Source: Lytechinus pictus (lineage: Eukaryota). From it: a stretch of DNA of 64,000 nt. Of the stretch, positions 37,191 to 49,286 are shown piece by piece. The stretch's first letter is position 1; every line of letters starts with the position of its first letter. A program made the translations under genes and the position numbers. Location of the stretch: the NCBI RefSeq assembly GCF_037042905.1, contig NC_087251.1:33172001-33236000 (forward strand). Reading direction: 5' to 3'. The notes beneath the pieces are model-generated. The model worked only from the letters and a program-made list of their open reading frames with translations, made no database searches and was not told the DNA's origin.

Positions 37191-40100
37191 CAACATAACA
37201 CATTGGCGTGACCCATTTTCTTCTTTCCTTCCTAAAACCAAATGCATTGTAAATTATACTTTTCAATTGTATCCTTGAATCAACGTATGGAACATATACT
37301 TTACAACTATATCTTAACATCAACCTATGAAACACTAGCATTTCCAAAACGATGATGTGTAAAGAAAACAAAAATGAAAAAATGCTTATCAACAACTTCA
37401 AACACGGGAAATATGCAAGTGGCATCATTAACATACATGTAGGCTTCATTTAAGACAATCTTATCACTATTTATAAAAAGCATTGCAAAAAACTTAATAA
37501 GCAAACACACCGTATAACATCTCAAGCAATTAGGTGCAACAATGTGTTAGTATACATTGAATACATCATTTGTATCAGTCTTATCATCAATTGGTAAACA
37601 CATAATACTTTAAACCTACATAGATTGTTATCATCACTTCTATCACTCTCATCAGCAATTGGGAGTTACATCACAATATCAAATACACATTACTTTAAAG
37701 GTACATTAATTATATCAACACTATTATCGATCATATAAACTTGCTAAAAAACACACATAAATCACTAACAAAGTCTTCCAGTACCAAAACTTAACAACCA
37801 CATTAAACTCCCCGCATTCGAGTGTCTCAAGTCTGTATAACATGGTATAAAATCAATCATCAGTGAATTGTATATTCCTATGCTCATTCACCCTTTTCTA
37901 TAAAACAACAAAAACAAAAATGCTAAAAAGCAAATATTCTCTCTCAACAAAAACTCCTAGCCCTTCAACAAAACAGGGTAAGCTGAGTATTGTAAACTAA
38001 CATCAAATACAAATGCAGCTCCACTACTTCACTGTAGCATTAAAAAAAGAAAACATGTATACAGTTAGGTAAAATCAGCAGCAAAAATCACTAAACCTCA
38101 CCTGTAAGAAACATCGATATATCCCCCAAAAATTTAACATTAATAAAATGTGTGGTAAGCAGAGTAACAATCACAGGTCATAATTCTCCCTCTGTTTAAA
38201 AAAAACAAGCAAACAGGTAAAATGGCATACAAACAATTATAATATCTTAAAGTTTGTCAACAGTTACATAAACCATACACATATGTAACATTATTTAAAA
38301 GAAATTAGGCATAAAAACATATCCCATAAAAGTAGCTTAGTATAAAAGAAACCATTATCATGTATGAAAATAAACAATCAAATTAAATACACACCACATT
38401 CATCTGATGCAGCCATGTAAGCAATCTTTCACACAATAATCAATATCATAAAAACAAACATCATTCATCATGCAATCTTTCACAACCTTAACAAATACAG
38501 CCTCATTACAATACCCGGGATAAAGCATGTTTCATAAAAACAAACAGTGTATAAAAAAAATCAAATTTCTATGTCCAATGCCTAACCCCGAAACGAGGAA
38601 AATGTCAAGTTAAAAAGAAACATGTGAATAAGTTTATACACAACTAGGTACTGCAAGCAGATAAACCTGTCTTTAAAAACATAAGGTATACATAAAATAC
38701 AATTATATAAAAATAAAACAATCCTGCGACAAGTGGTGCATAAAAAGTCAATACACAAGCAAAGTGGGCTTATGGGCTACAAACTAAAGTGAGGCATGTA
38801 GCATGACGGGGGGGGGGTGCTGAGAGTCAGGTGTATTGTCCAGAGTACTCTCACTAAAAACAAGGTTACATCTGGGGGAAGACTCGTTGCAATGCTAGGG
38901 TGTGTCAAAATCTGGTAGATGTCACTCACAGCCTTGAGAAGGTGTGCAGGCCTGGTTGGGCAAGGGAATGCAGCACGACAATGGGAGTCTAGAAACTGGG
39001 GATAATCAGGGCATGCAAAGGGAGGGGCACTATCATCTCTGTGGAACTGGGAAAAGGGCCTATGATAACTAACATCAATGTCTGGGGGGACGGTTTTACA
39101 GTTAGTCAGAGGGGGGCCAAAACGAGCGGCATGTGGAATGCCATCCTCAGTATAGGGATCAAGTGGGCTGTAGGCTGTCATCAGAGGGGGGTCATTGGAT
39201 CTAGTGGCTGCGATATGGGGGCTAAACTCATGGGCACTGGAAGATGCGTCTGGGGGGCTACTGTGGTCATGGGCACCACGAGCTAAGGCTGTTAGAGGTC
39301 GAAGTCCATGGGCATCAAAATCGATCATCTGGGGATCAATATCATCTTTGGTAGCTGGCCAAGAGATAGGATGGGGATCATCTCAATAGCTAGATGTACC
39401 CGAGACTTAGAGCTGTCAATGGCCTGTGAATGAATGGTGGTGAGTGATGAACTGTCAATGGCCTGTGGATGAATGTTGGTGGGTGATGTGCTGTCAATGG
39501 CTTGAGGATGAGTGTTGGTAGGTGACTGCAATGTAGAGACCTGTGTGGGCATGAGATATTGTTTGGTATTGTTCGGTGTCGTATTTGTATGACACTGGAT
39601 CTGGGTGTGTTGTGTGGAGGTCTCCAACTGACTGAAGCGGTCGTCGATTTTGGGCCTACTACTAAACAACTGTGTATCGTCAAGGAAACTGACTGAGCTC
39701 GACTTTCTGTATGAATTGAGTGAGCTACCCCAGTCACCGATTGGGTAGGGGGATTGATATTGATGGTCGGTTCAGGCATGCGCAGTGTGTCTAGCGAATC
39801 TGACATCGAATCGCGTGTGGAATTGGATACTGAATCGGACACTGAATCAAGCGAGCAACGCTCGTCAGGTGACTCCAGCAACATCAACTGGTCAAAAGGT
39901 TGTTGCATACGCAGTGCGTTATACGAATCGGTCATCGAATGGTATATCGAATCGGACAACGAATCGAGAAAGCAACGTGTGTCAGATGACTCTGACGACA
40001 ACTCTGGCGAGCAACGTTTGACAGACGGCTCGGAAAATAGCAACTTGTCAACCGACAGTTGCACACGCTGTGTATCATGCGACTCGGACGTCAGATCAAG

Positions 40101-40579
40101 GGAGTGAAGATTGTTAAACAACTCAACCGTAAACGATTTGTCCGGCAATTTGGATGTGTGGCGTTTGTCAGAGATATCAAATGAGCGGCATTGGTCAGAA
40201 GAATCTAGTTCTACAACTAAAGACTTGGATGTGTTTTCTTTCGAGCAAAGCACGTTCGCACTATCACTAACAGTGACGCTTGAAGGAGAATTAGACTGCC
40301 AATGCAAGTTGTCATCCCAAGCAGACACATTATCATGGGAAACATCAACATTCAATTCATATTCATTCTTGGAAACACAATCTGGAGAGTACGGCTCACA
40401 CTCTTCAGGACGAGTCAAAGTCCCACAAATGGGTACGCGAGATCGTTGTTCCGTAACAATGGCAATGGGTGTCGGCCTGGACACCACATGCCGTTCAACA
40501 TCACCAGGCCCACCAGCACGGGCTGGCTGAACTGCCAACAAATTTCCCTCACACACCAGTGAACTAGAGTCAACGTTCT

Positions 40580-41000
40580 CAGGGTCATATACAAAGACTG
40601 AATCACCATGGAAGATAACTTCATGTCTGGATGGTCGCACCATTATATCATTACATTCCATATACGGTGCACCAGCAACAACGACATCTTTGTCACTTAC
40701 AACCACTCCGAGAAACTCCATCTAAACACCCTTTTTGGTAAAGAGGCTGACCTCTGTGTAACCAACAACATTGTATTCGAAGGCAGCATCAATACAATAT
40801 TCAATAATCATAAAGATCATATAAAGCATAATCATCCATCACTTTCTCTAGCTCCAAATCATCTGCAACCTGCTCACTGGCCTGGTCATACCTCATATTC
40901 ACCTGATTACCACTCTTCACCTCTACCTTCACTCTTCTTTCATCATGTCTTACATATGCATAAAAATAAGGTACATTCAAACAAGGAATTGACTTCTCTC
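40580..41000 (-). pseudogene. Degenerate retropepsin (Gypsy aspartic protease)-like coding remnant
   Basis: VPYFYAYVRHDERRVKVEVKSGNQVNM ... NVVGYTEVSLFTKKGV*MEFLGVVVSDKDVVVAGAPYMECNDIMVRPSRHEVIF follows the invertebrate Gypsy protease pattern (LDSGA..NM ... VVGET.L ... LVV..LDVD.LAG.PFM..NDI.VRP). It continues into a Ser/Asp/Pro-rich ORF to 39390. Confidence 0.65.
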
Positions 41001-41087
41001 TCGAGTCATGACTACAAGAGCGCTGAAGCGGCTCCGCACTAACCGGGTCCCTTCGCGGGGGGCCGGTGCTCTTGGCTGCGGCCGACA

Positions 41088-41970
41088 TAGCCTCTTGTCG
41101 AGGCCCTGGCAGGTGCTTTTCGAGCGAAGCGAGGGATTTCCTAATTCGCGAAACGAATTAGGCCTGGCGCGAGCCAGGGCCTCTTGACATCTGAGCTGAA
41201 TTATATATTCATCTGGAACGTCTTCCTAGTGAATATACACGAGTTGTAATATCACCGGTCACCTAGTAAACCAATGAAATGTCAAAGCTGTTTCGTCCGG
41301 GGTTTGGAATACTATAGACATAGTAGTCCACTATTCTGCAGGGGATTCAATTAATTGCGGGACACTAAAGTAAAGGGGATATAACCAGCAAAATGCTACA
41401 AGCAGTGGTACTATACTACTACTACTGGCCGTAAAAGACCCATCACCGCCCCTAAACTTACCGGAAGATACTGGTCAGCCGCCGGTCAGACTTGAGTCAA
41501 GGGGAAACAACTCTACTCCAGCATTCCCTCACTGCACCGCGGAGACCTATGGAGAGAACCTATGGAATCGCATGAAAGATAACATTTTTTCCATATCCTG
41601 TGGGTAGATTTACAAAAACATATCGTCCTTTCAGTGCAGATTTTATTTTATCAACTTGCAAATCCTTAAATTGGTCAATATTCAGCATTTTAGAGGCATA
41701 TTCAACGCTCTTTGACATTTCGTCGTCACTCTTCGCCAAGAATCCACGGGTCGCCATTCAATATGTCATAGCAGCCCGCGCTCTCATTGGATGATTTTCA
41801 CCGACCAGTTTGTGGTCGGTATATTGGTAAAAACAATCAAATAACAAAAGAAAGTCGGTGAAATTCGGGTCAGATGTCAAGAGGCCGTCTCGCGGCGCTC
41901 TGCTTCGCTCTCTCCCTTGCTTCGCCATGTTCGCTCGGAAAGCAGCCGACAGGGCCTCGACAAGAGGTTA
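41088..41970 (-). mobile_element. Academ(H)-like internally deleted DNA transposon carrying a RecQ-type helicase N-terminus
   Basis: Imperfect ~110-bp TIRs TAGCCTCTTGTCGAGGCCCTG / CAGGGCCTCGACAAGAGGTTA. ORF 41560-41757 FKDLQ...ALKGRYVFVNLPTGYGKNVIF gives the Q motif and Walker A of RecQ-like SF2 helicases; a VVSP motif-Ia remnant follows. No clear TSD. Confidence 0.7.
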
Positions 41971-42339
41971 CTGTACATAACTTATATACCAATTGATGGG
42001 ACTACAACACACACTATAAATATTAAAGAAACCTAGACCTATCACCGATAGAACACGGAGCGCCTGATCCCTATAGTTGGGGTTAAGTTACCTAGAGTCT
42101 GGAATAGGTTTATAGGACTATTTAAAGGACTGGCTTTGCTCAGACCCAATAGCTGCCACCACGCCAAGACAATAATAATGAATTAAAGGCAACAATCAAG
42201 CGGAGTACAAGGTTACGTGTGGTTTATTGAGATTGTCGCGGCCAAGAGGCCGATCACATTTAAGTATCGATATCACATAATTTACAACACGATTACTAAA
42301 TTAACATAACACATAACACACTTGGGCGTGTCATCGGAA

Positions 42340-43282
42340 ATGAAGTCATATCTAGATGACTATTTTGGGAAAATTAATGAACGGTTGTCATCGTTGGAAC
42401 GCCAAATTACTGTACAGAATACAAGACTTGAACATAGCTAGAATGGAGGAATTGGTTGCATCGCTAAATTTTCAAGCAAAAGAAATGGATGATTTGAAAG
42501 CGAAACTGAGGAAAGTACAAGAGGAAAGTGATATGAAGGGGGAAAAACTTGAAGCTGAAATTGATAGACTTTCCGCTTACATATCGCGAGAGAACCTCGT
42601 CTTTTTGGGAATCCCAGAAAGTGGAGAGGGTGATGAGAATACGAAGGAAACTTTGAATAGATTTCTCGTCGAGAAACTGAAGTTGAGACAAGATTTTGTT
42701 AAACAAATTGAATATCAACGAGTTCATCGGGTGCAAGCTATACACAGACCACGCCCCATCAAAGCACGGTTCCTTAGATTTGCAGACAAGTTGACAATTG
42801 ACAAGAATGCTAAATTGTTGAAGGGGAGTAAGATGTACATTGCACAAGATCTGCCCAAACGAATTCGAGAAGAAAGGAAAGCGCAGGCACCGGCCTTGAA
42901 AGCGGCACGGAACGCAGGGAAGCTTGCTTATTTCTCACGGGCGGAGCCGACTAAACTCTTCGTCGCTGGAAAATGGATCCCACGGGAGGACCAAGTGGAG
43001 CTCATCGGAATATGGGGGAAACAGAGTGGAGCAGGAATGAATAACGCCTCCCTGCAGATACATCGGGATCAGGCAGGAGTTAGGATGGAGCGGAATGGAG
43101 GAATACAACGAGGAAAAGCAGGTGACAGTGCACCGTTTACAGCGAGGAAGATATGGGCAAGGAGTGACGAGGGTCTGACCGAAAACGGCATCGAAGCAAT
43201 GGAAAGCACCGGCGCTGAAGCAACGCAACATGAGGGATATCTCGCAGGAGCAGTAGGAGGAGAAAACGTCAAAGAATCGTAA
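42340..43282 (+). CDS. LINE ORF1p-like protein (coiled coil + RRM + CTD, L1/transposase_22-like), frameshifted near 42430
   Basis: MKSYLDDYFGKINERLSSLERQITVQNTRL from ATG 42340 joins the 42356 frame ...SRENLVFLGIPE...YQRVHRV...RPRPIKARFLRFADK...IAQDLPKRIREERK, typical ORF1p RRM/CTD motifs. Confidence 0.8.
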
Positions 43283-45334
43283 TTCTGTAAATATTTTCAG
43301 TAATAAAGGAAAATTAAAGCCGATAGGATTACTGGATGTGGAAGCTGTACGGAGGAGATAGGCCCTAAGGAATACAAGCAGTTACAGAAGCTAAGAGTAA
43401 GAAGGAGAAAGTGAAAGTTTGAGGAATAAACAGACCTGATGTCAACCATGCCATCGAAAAGTAAGATTTGTCTCATCTCTTGTTTCTTGTTTAATATACC
43501 ATTCTCAGTTGCTGATAAATATATAACGAATTACACGTTTCCGTTTTCTCTATACTAGACGAGGAAGCATTCGTCGCTTTAAATGTTATTTTGATGACTA
43601 TACGTTAAAAAGTCGATGAATTACTCATCTTATAACAATATACCGTCATTTCTCCTAAAGAAGAAGATAAAAGAATTGTAAAGAAGAATTTGAGCTGAGT
43701 ATTTGGAAGATATAGGAAAGCGATCATGAATTCGAAGCCAAAATATTAGTTCACTAACATCGGATGCAAGTATCATCATTTACTGAAGGAAATACGTCAA
43801 CAACAACCAAAAAAAAAATACGAAAAGGAAAGAAGAAGAACACTAAAAAGATAAGACGCTGTGTTGAGCGATGTATGTGATAGTAATTCTTTTAATTTGG
43901 ATACATTGCATCAGATTTATTTGGTATTGAATATAAGGCTTCACAGTATATAATGTATATGTTTTATTCAATGGCAAAAGTAACCATAGTTGTGAAAGGT
44001 TTGAATAGACTCCCCCCAAAAAGGAGTTATATGGACGGTTGAAGGGTCGAAGAATATTGTTCCCCATCTCAAATTAAAAGTAAATCAGAGAGAAGTCCTT
44101 TCTTTGTTGATGTGTTTCACTCTTCTCATCACTTTGAAATATTAAAGACATTAAACTGTGGCTTAAAGCCCATGAAATTACTCGAATCTATGATAACAAT
44201 TGCTCCAATTTTATCTGGATTCAAGGCAATGCCATCTAATTCAAAGCTATAAGAATTAGTCAAACAAAATAATGATTTTTAATTTGTTTAAAAATTTTGG
44301 CGAGGTAGTTATTGATTGAATAAGATAAGTCACTTGTCCATGAGGAAGAACACGATATACTCTCAAGGAATTATGCACACAAAAAAGTAATGATAAAAAA
44401 AAAAACTAAAGGGTGTGAAGAAAGGAAGCACTTTTTTTTTTTTTATTATTATTAATCAGAGTAAAAAAATATATATGAAATACAACAAGAAACGGACTGG
44501 AGTGTAATTTTGACACAATCTTTGGTTCTTGTAAATAAATAAAAATGAGGGGAAAATTGAATGTCATGTCAGTTATAATTGATCATACCACATCGGATGG
44601 AATTTTGCTGTTTGTACGTTATTCGGAAAAATAATAATAATGACGAATGTATTTAGAGGACAAGAATGGACAGAGAAGAAGAATTTGAAGTTTAAATTTC
44701 TTGATCTATATATTGGTCGATGTAGTAACTTTCAAGAAGTTTATTAATTAGCGTGAAAACACATTCCTCTGTGTATAGGCCTATATGTGTGTGTGTGTGG
44801 TGTTTTTTTTTTTTTTTCATCATGTCATGCCTTTAAGAAGAGTTGAAGAAAATATGAAATATATTTTCTTGTTTCATACATAATCATTAATAGATCAGTT
44901 TAGGTCATACATGCATGTAAGGCATGTTATTTAAGCTGGATGAAGCCCTTTTTCTTTATTTAAACCTGCAAACAAACTGAAGCTTAAGCTTATATTTTAA
45001 ACACACACACACACTACATAGGAAAGTTATTGATTCATAACGGGTTTTTTTTTTAAGACGACAGATTGTAACTGATTGGAATTTTGTTGCTGTTTTTTTT
45101 TCAAACTAGGTTAATGTTGAAAAATAATGAATAGAAAACCTTCATCTAAAGTTTATTTGATCATAATACTACGTGTAAAATGGAAATAAAGGATGAGAGG
45201 AATGGAGGAAAAAATGCCATTGATGACTATTTCGATTTTTGATACTTTTATGAAATATTGACTCATGATTTTTAGAAAAAGAAAAAGGTAATAGGAAGTG
45301 CATGTAGAAAATGAAGGAGGGAAATGAAGAAAAA

Positions 45335-48300
45335 CTAGATTTTAATTCGTCATGAGGACGAATTAGGTGGTCTGTCATGATTTTTCATTCATTGTCGGCT
45401 AATGTTGTATAAAATGAATCCCGGGAATGAATCATTCAGATATGATTGATAATCTTGATCATAGACATTAAAGGAATAAATTTTGACCATTGCTAAATGT
45501 GATTATAAATGTAGTGATGACAATCGTGATGATTATAATGATGGTGGTGATAATGCAATATGTTAAATACGAAATAAAGTTAGGAGCACGTAAAATGCCT
45601 TAAAAACTCTCCAAAAATCTCAGACGATTTTACCGAAATTGGCTTTCCAAAATTGCGCAATGAAAGGGGCCTCAATTTTCACAGCAGCTAATTTTTAATC
45701 GACAGTTTGATGTTTTTTATGCAAAATCTTGTTAAAAATTCTTTGTACTTTGAGCATTTTTTTTTTAAATTTCACCCACTGACATTTCACAATGTCAGTG
45801 GGTATTAATTTCACAGAATACTTGAAAATTCATAGGTGATACTTTTTAAAAGCTAAAATATCTTAAATATTTTTGTTCAAATTTTCTGCTACATTTCAAT
45901 AGATTTAAATGAGAAGTTTCATAATGCTATAATTTCACAGCATTCACATCAAAACTCATCAGTGATGTATTTGATAAAAGAACCAGATTTTTTTGTAAAT
46001 GTTTGCCAAATTTCTGAAAATTTTTAAACATTTCAAATAATATTTTCCGTCAAAACTTTTCAATATCCATTTATTAATTGTGTATGACTTTGACATTTAC
46101 TTGAAAATTCTTTCTTGATGATTTTTACTGAATAAAGTCAGGTAAAAGATTCAAATACTGGCAATTTTCCCGCAAAATTTCGGGAACATGTGTAATTAAC
46201 TAAATTGCACAATTTTTTTCATTTCACAGAAGGTACCTGAAAATTTGTTATACGTTATATTAAGTAAAAATGAACAAACAGAAAAAAATCCAGGAATTTC
46301 CGGAAAATGTCCGGAATGAAAATGTTCAACCCAATAGCGTTTAAATATTGCAGCGTTTACTAAAAAATACATAAATGATGTTTTACAATGTTAAAATTGC
46401 CCCTTAAAAAGTTCCGGCAAAATTACAAAAATTGTCCTACATAAAAAAATGCAAGGCAAGTGGGCTTGATATTTTCAGGAAGACTGTACAATTGGTTAAT
46501 AAAACATTTCTCTAAAGAATTTCGCAAAAATTACGTCCAGAAAAAATTTGCAAAAATTTAAACACATCATAACACATTGATGCTGTGGTCAAAAGTCAAA
46601 ATTATTCCACGTTATTTGTAGAGAAATGTCTTCACTATATCATATCAAAATTTGGAAGAAAACTGACCAGTAATAACGAAGATACGGTCAAGTACGTTGA
46701 CGTTTGTTGCGGAAATATGTAATTTTCACTAATAACTTAAAATTGACAAAATCTCCAAATGAGATATTGAATATATAAAAGAGTGAGAAAAAATTTGGGG
46801 TCAACGGACTCCCTGAAGAGCTACAGTGAATTTTATATAGGCATATTTTTGCCCATTTACGCGCGCGTAATGCAAATTTGAATGGACGCGCATTCCCGTA
46901 TTATTGGTCGTAAGAGGCTGAATGAGGTATCAAATTAATCAGAAGATAATGGGCAATGGAAAGACATAAAATAAATGATGACTCAAAGATGCATACCGAT
47001 GGTAGGTGCAAAAACGCGCACGCATACCTGTGCGCGCGCAAATTCTTGACATGCTCAAAATGACCAGAAACGTACCCAAACTTGACCACGGTCCATTTAG
47101 GGAAACTTAAAATTTTGACGCGCGCGTACGTGCGCGTTGTGACCTTTGCATGACCTTTGGTGATATGTCCTGATGACCTTTTCAAAATGGCCGCCAAATT
47201 CCTTCCAAATCAGTGTTTTAACAGGTAAATCCTTAAATATATATACAAATAAGGCCTGCAATGTATCCAACTATATGTTTTCATGTTCATTGAGCACTAA
47301 AATATATGAATCAGATAAGTTGAGCCATTGGAAATGAGGATTTTTGGTAAAAAAACAGCGTTTTGGGGTCATTTTTGTAAAAATTGCTCCCAAATCACAA
47401 TTTATACATAAAACCTCAATAATCTATTCATCTACAGTTTTTCATATGTCTAAATATTTGTTTTCATGGCCACTTATTTCAACAATAGATAAAACAGACA
47501 TGTTTTGTGATTTTGTACTGTCATTTTTAATAGAAAAATAATGTTTTCTGAAATTTTTGGAAAAAATTACTAAATACAGCCTGCAAATATGCAACTACAG
47601 CTTGTAATCTGGCTATAACCTTGTTTTTCTTGCTATTTGTAAGTTACAATCAATTGTATTGTCTGAATTAAAAGAATGTGTATTTTAGTGGATTTTCGTC
47701 AAATATGACCCCCCAAAAAAAAAAAAAAAAAAACATGAATACAATGAAGGATTTCACGCGCATGCATTTAATGCAACTATTGCTGTATATATATATATAT
47801 ATATATATATACTGTATAAGTGGATATTTTCAGTTTTTCGCAGAGTATCTCCCATCAATTATAACTAAATGAAAAAAAATACAAGAGGACAAGTGTACAT
47901 ATTTTATGTTGTCAAACATTTGGGAAAACAAGTTCCCGCTAATTTCACAAAAATAGCATTTTGGCACTATTTTACAATTGAACGGCATAAAATGGGTGTC
48001 CAATCTATCTTGTTAGATATTTTTAAGAGTGCTGAGTTCAAATATTAGCGTAAGTAAAAGATTAGAAGCATCGTCATGGTGTTAATTAAAAAACAAGAAA
48101 AAAAAAAGATTTTGAAAAATATCGGTATACAGAATACATACTTTGAGCCTATAGCATATTGGGGAACATTTCATTACCATTTGCATTCCACAAGAACAAT
48201 TGACCAAAACTCACTTTTACCATGGTAACTGTCAGATAAAACAGCGATTGTTAAACTTCTGACAAGTTTTTTTTTATGAAACCCTGGGTGGCAGAAAATA

Positions 48301-49255
48301 TAATTCAGCACCAACGTTTAAATGGTTCATAGCCAATAGATTCAGTACTTGCTTGGGAGTTTATGTTATGGCATGATATTCAATCAAAATATTTCATCAA
48401 TTAAGTTCATATCAATAAATTCACAGTCTCTATAATTATTCAGAATGAATGTTTCACATGCTGTTTTATACTACATAATATCTACATAATAATGGGTTAT
48501 CTTGCCATATTCCCCATGATAATGATGATGGAACTGCTGGGCATCAATAAAAATGGGTGATAAGGATACTGTAGACAAAACATGAATAAGAATGGAAATT
48601 TCCCTTTATCCTCCAGACATATTCATGTAAGTTGAGTTTAAGAAGATAATGTATACAGGTAATTATATGTAAGACATAGACTTGCTAAGAGTCAGACTCC
48701 CAAAACTGACTACTTCTGAAAATCAGACAATAATCATGATAATAGCAACAATGCCTGTCTGTGTATTATCACTTGGGGGACGATTTGTAATTTTTTTCAA
48801 AAGCTAGACTAACATAGTTATTGATGGAACTAAGTTCCAGGAAGAATATACTTATAAGTGGTTAATTTAAAAAGCAAGGAAATATGCATGGGATCTATGA
48901 AATGCTTGGTAAATTCTTTTCCCTTATGTTTGACAGCTTAAGATATGTACATAAGTCTGGTATTTGATATTATTTTTTTCATTTTGTTATAAATAATGTG
49001 GATATATTCTCAGTAAGACTGAAAACATTCATATATATATATATATATATATTTATTTATTTATTCCATAAAACGATCAACCTTTTTTGTATATCCAACC
49101 CCCATTTTTCTCAAGTCTTACTTCACTTCATAAACTGACCAATTCATGGTCTTTTGAGAACATTACAGACTGTCAAAAGAACCAGAAATCAGAGACAAAA
49201 AAATCATGAAGGTCCCACATATAGGGGTTGGACATACATATTTTACGGAATGCCC

Positions 49256-49286
<31 letters not shown>

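Larger units (their letters stand above)
36837..42328 (-). mobile_element. Non-autonomous Gypsy-like LTR retroelement with ~167-bp LTRs and CG...CG termini
   Basis: Direct repeats at 42162-42328 and 36837-37208 (the latter split by a SINE). PBS TGGTGGCAGC (minus, 42161-42152) abuts the 5' LTR. PPT AGGAAGGAAAGAAGAAAATGGG (minus, ~37233-37212) precedes the 3' LTR. AATAAA in the LTR; protease-like remnant inside; no RT or IN motifs seen. Confidence 0.8.

Noticed and set aside
39754..40562. Ser-rich plus-strand ORFs
   Set aside because: They are antisense shadows of the minus-strand ORF in the LTR element.
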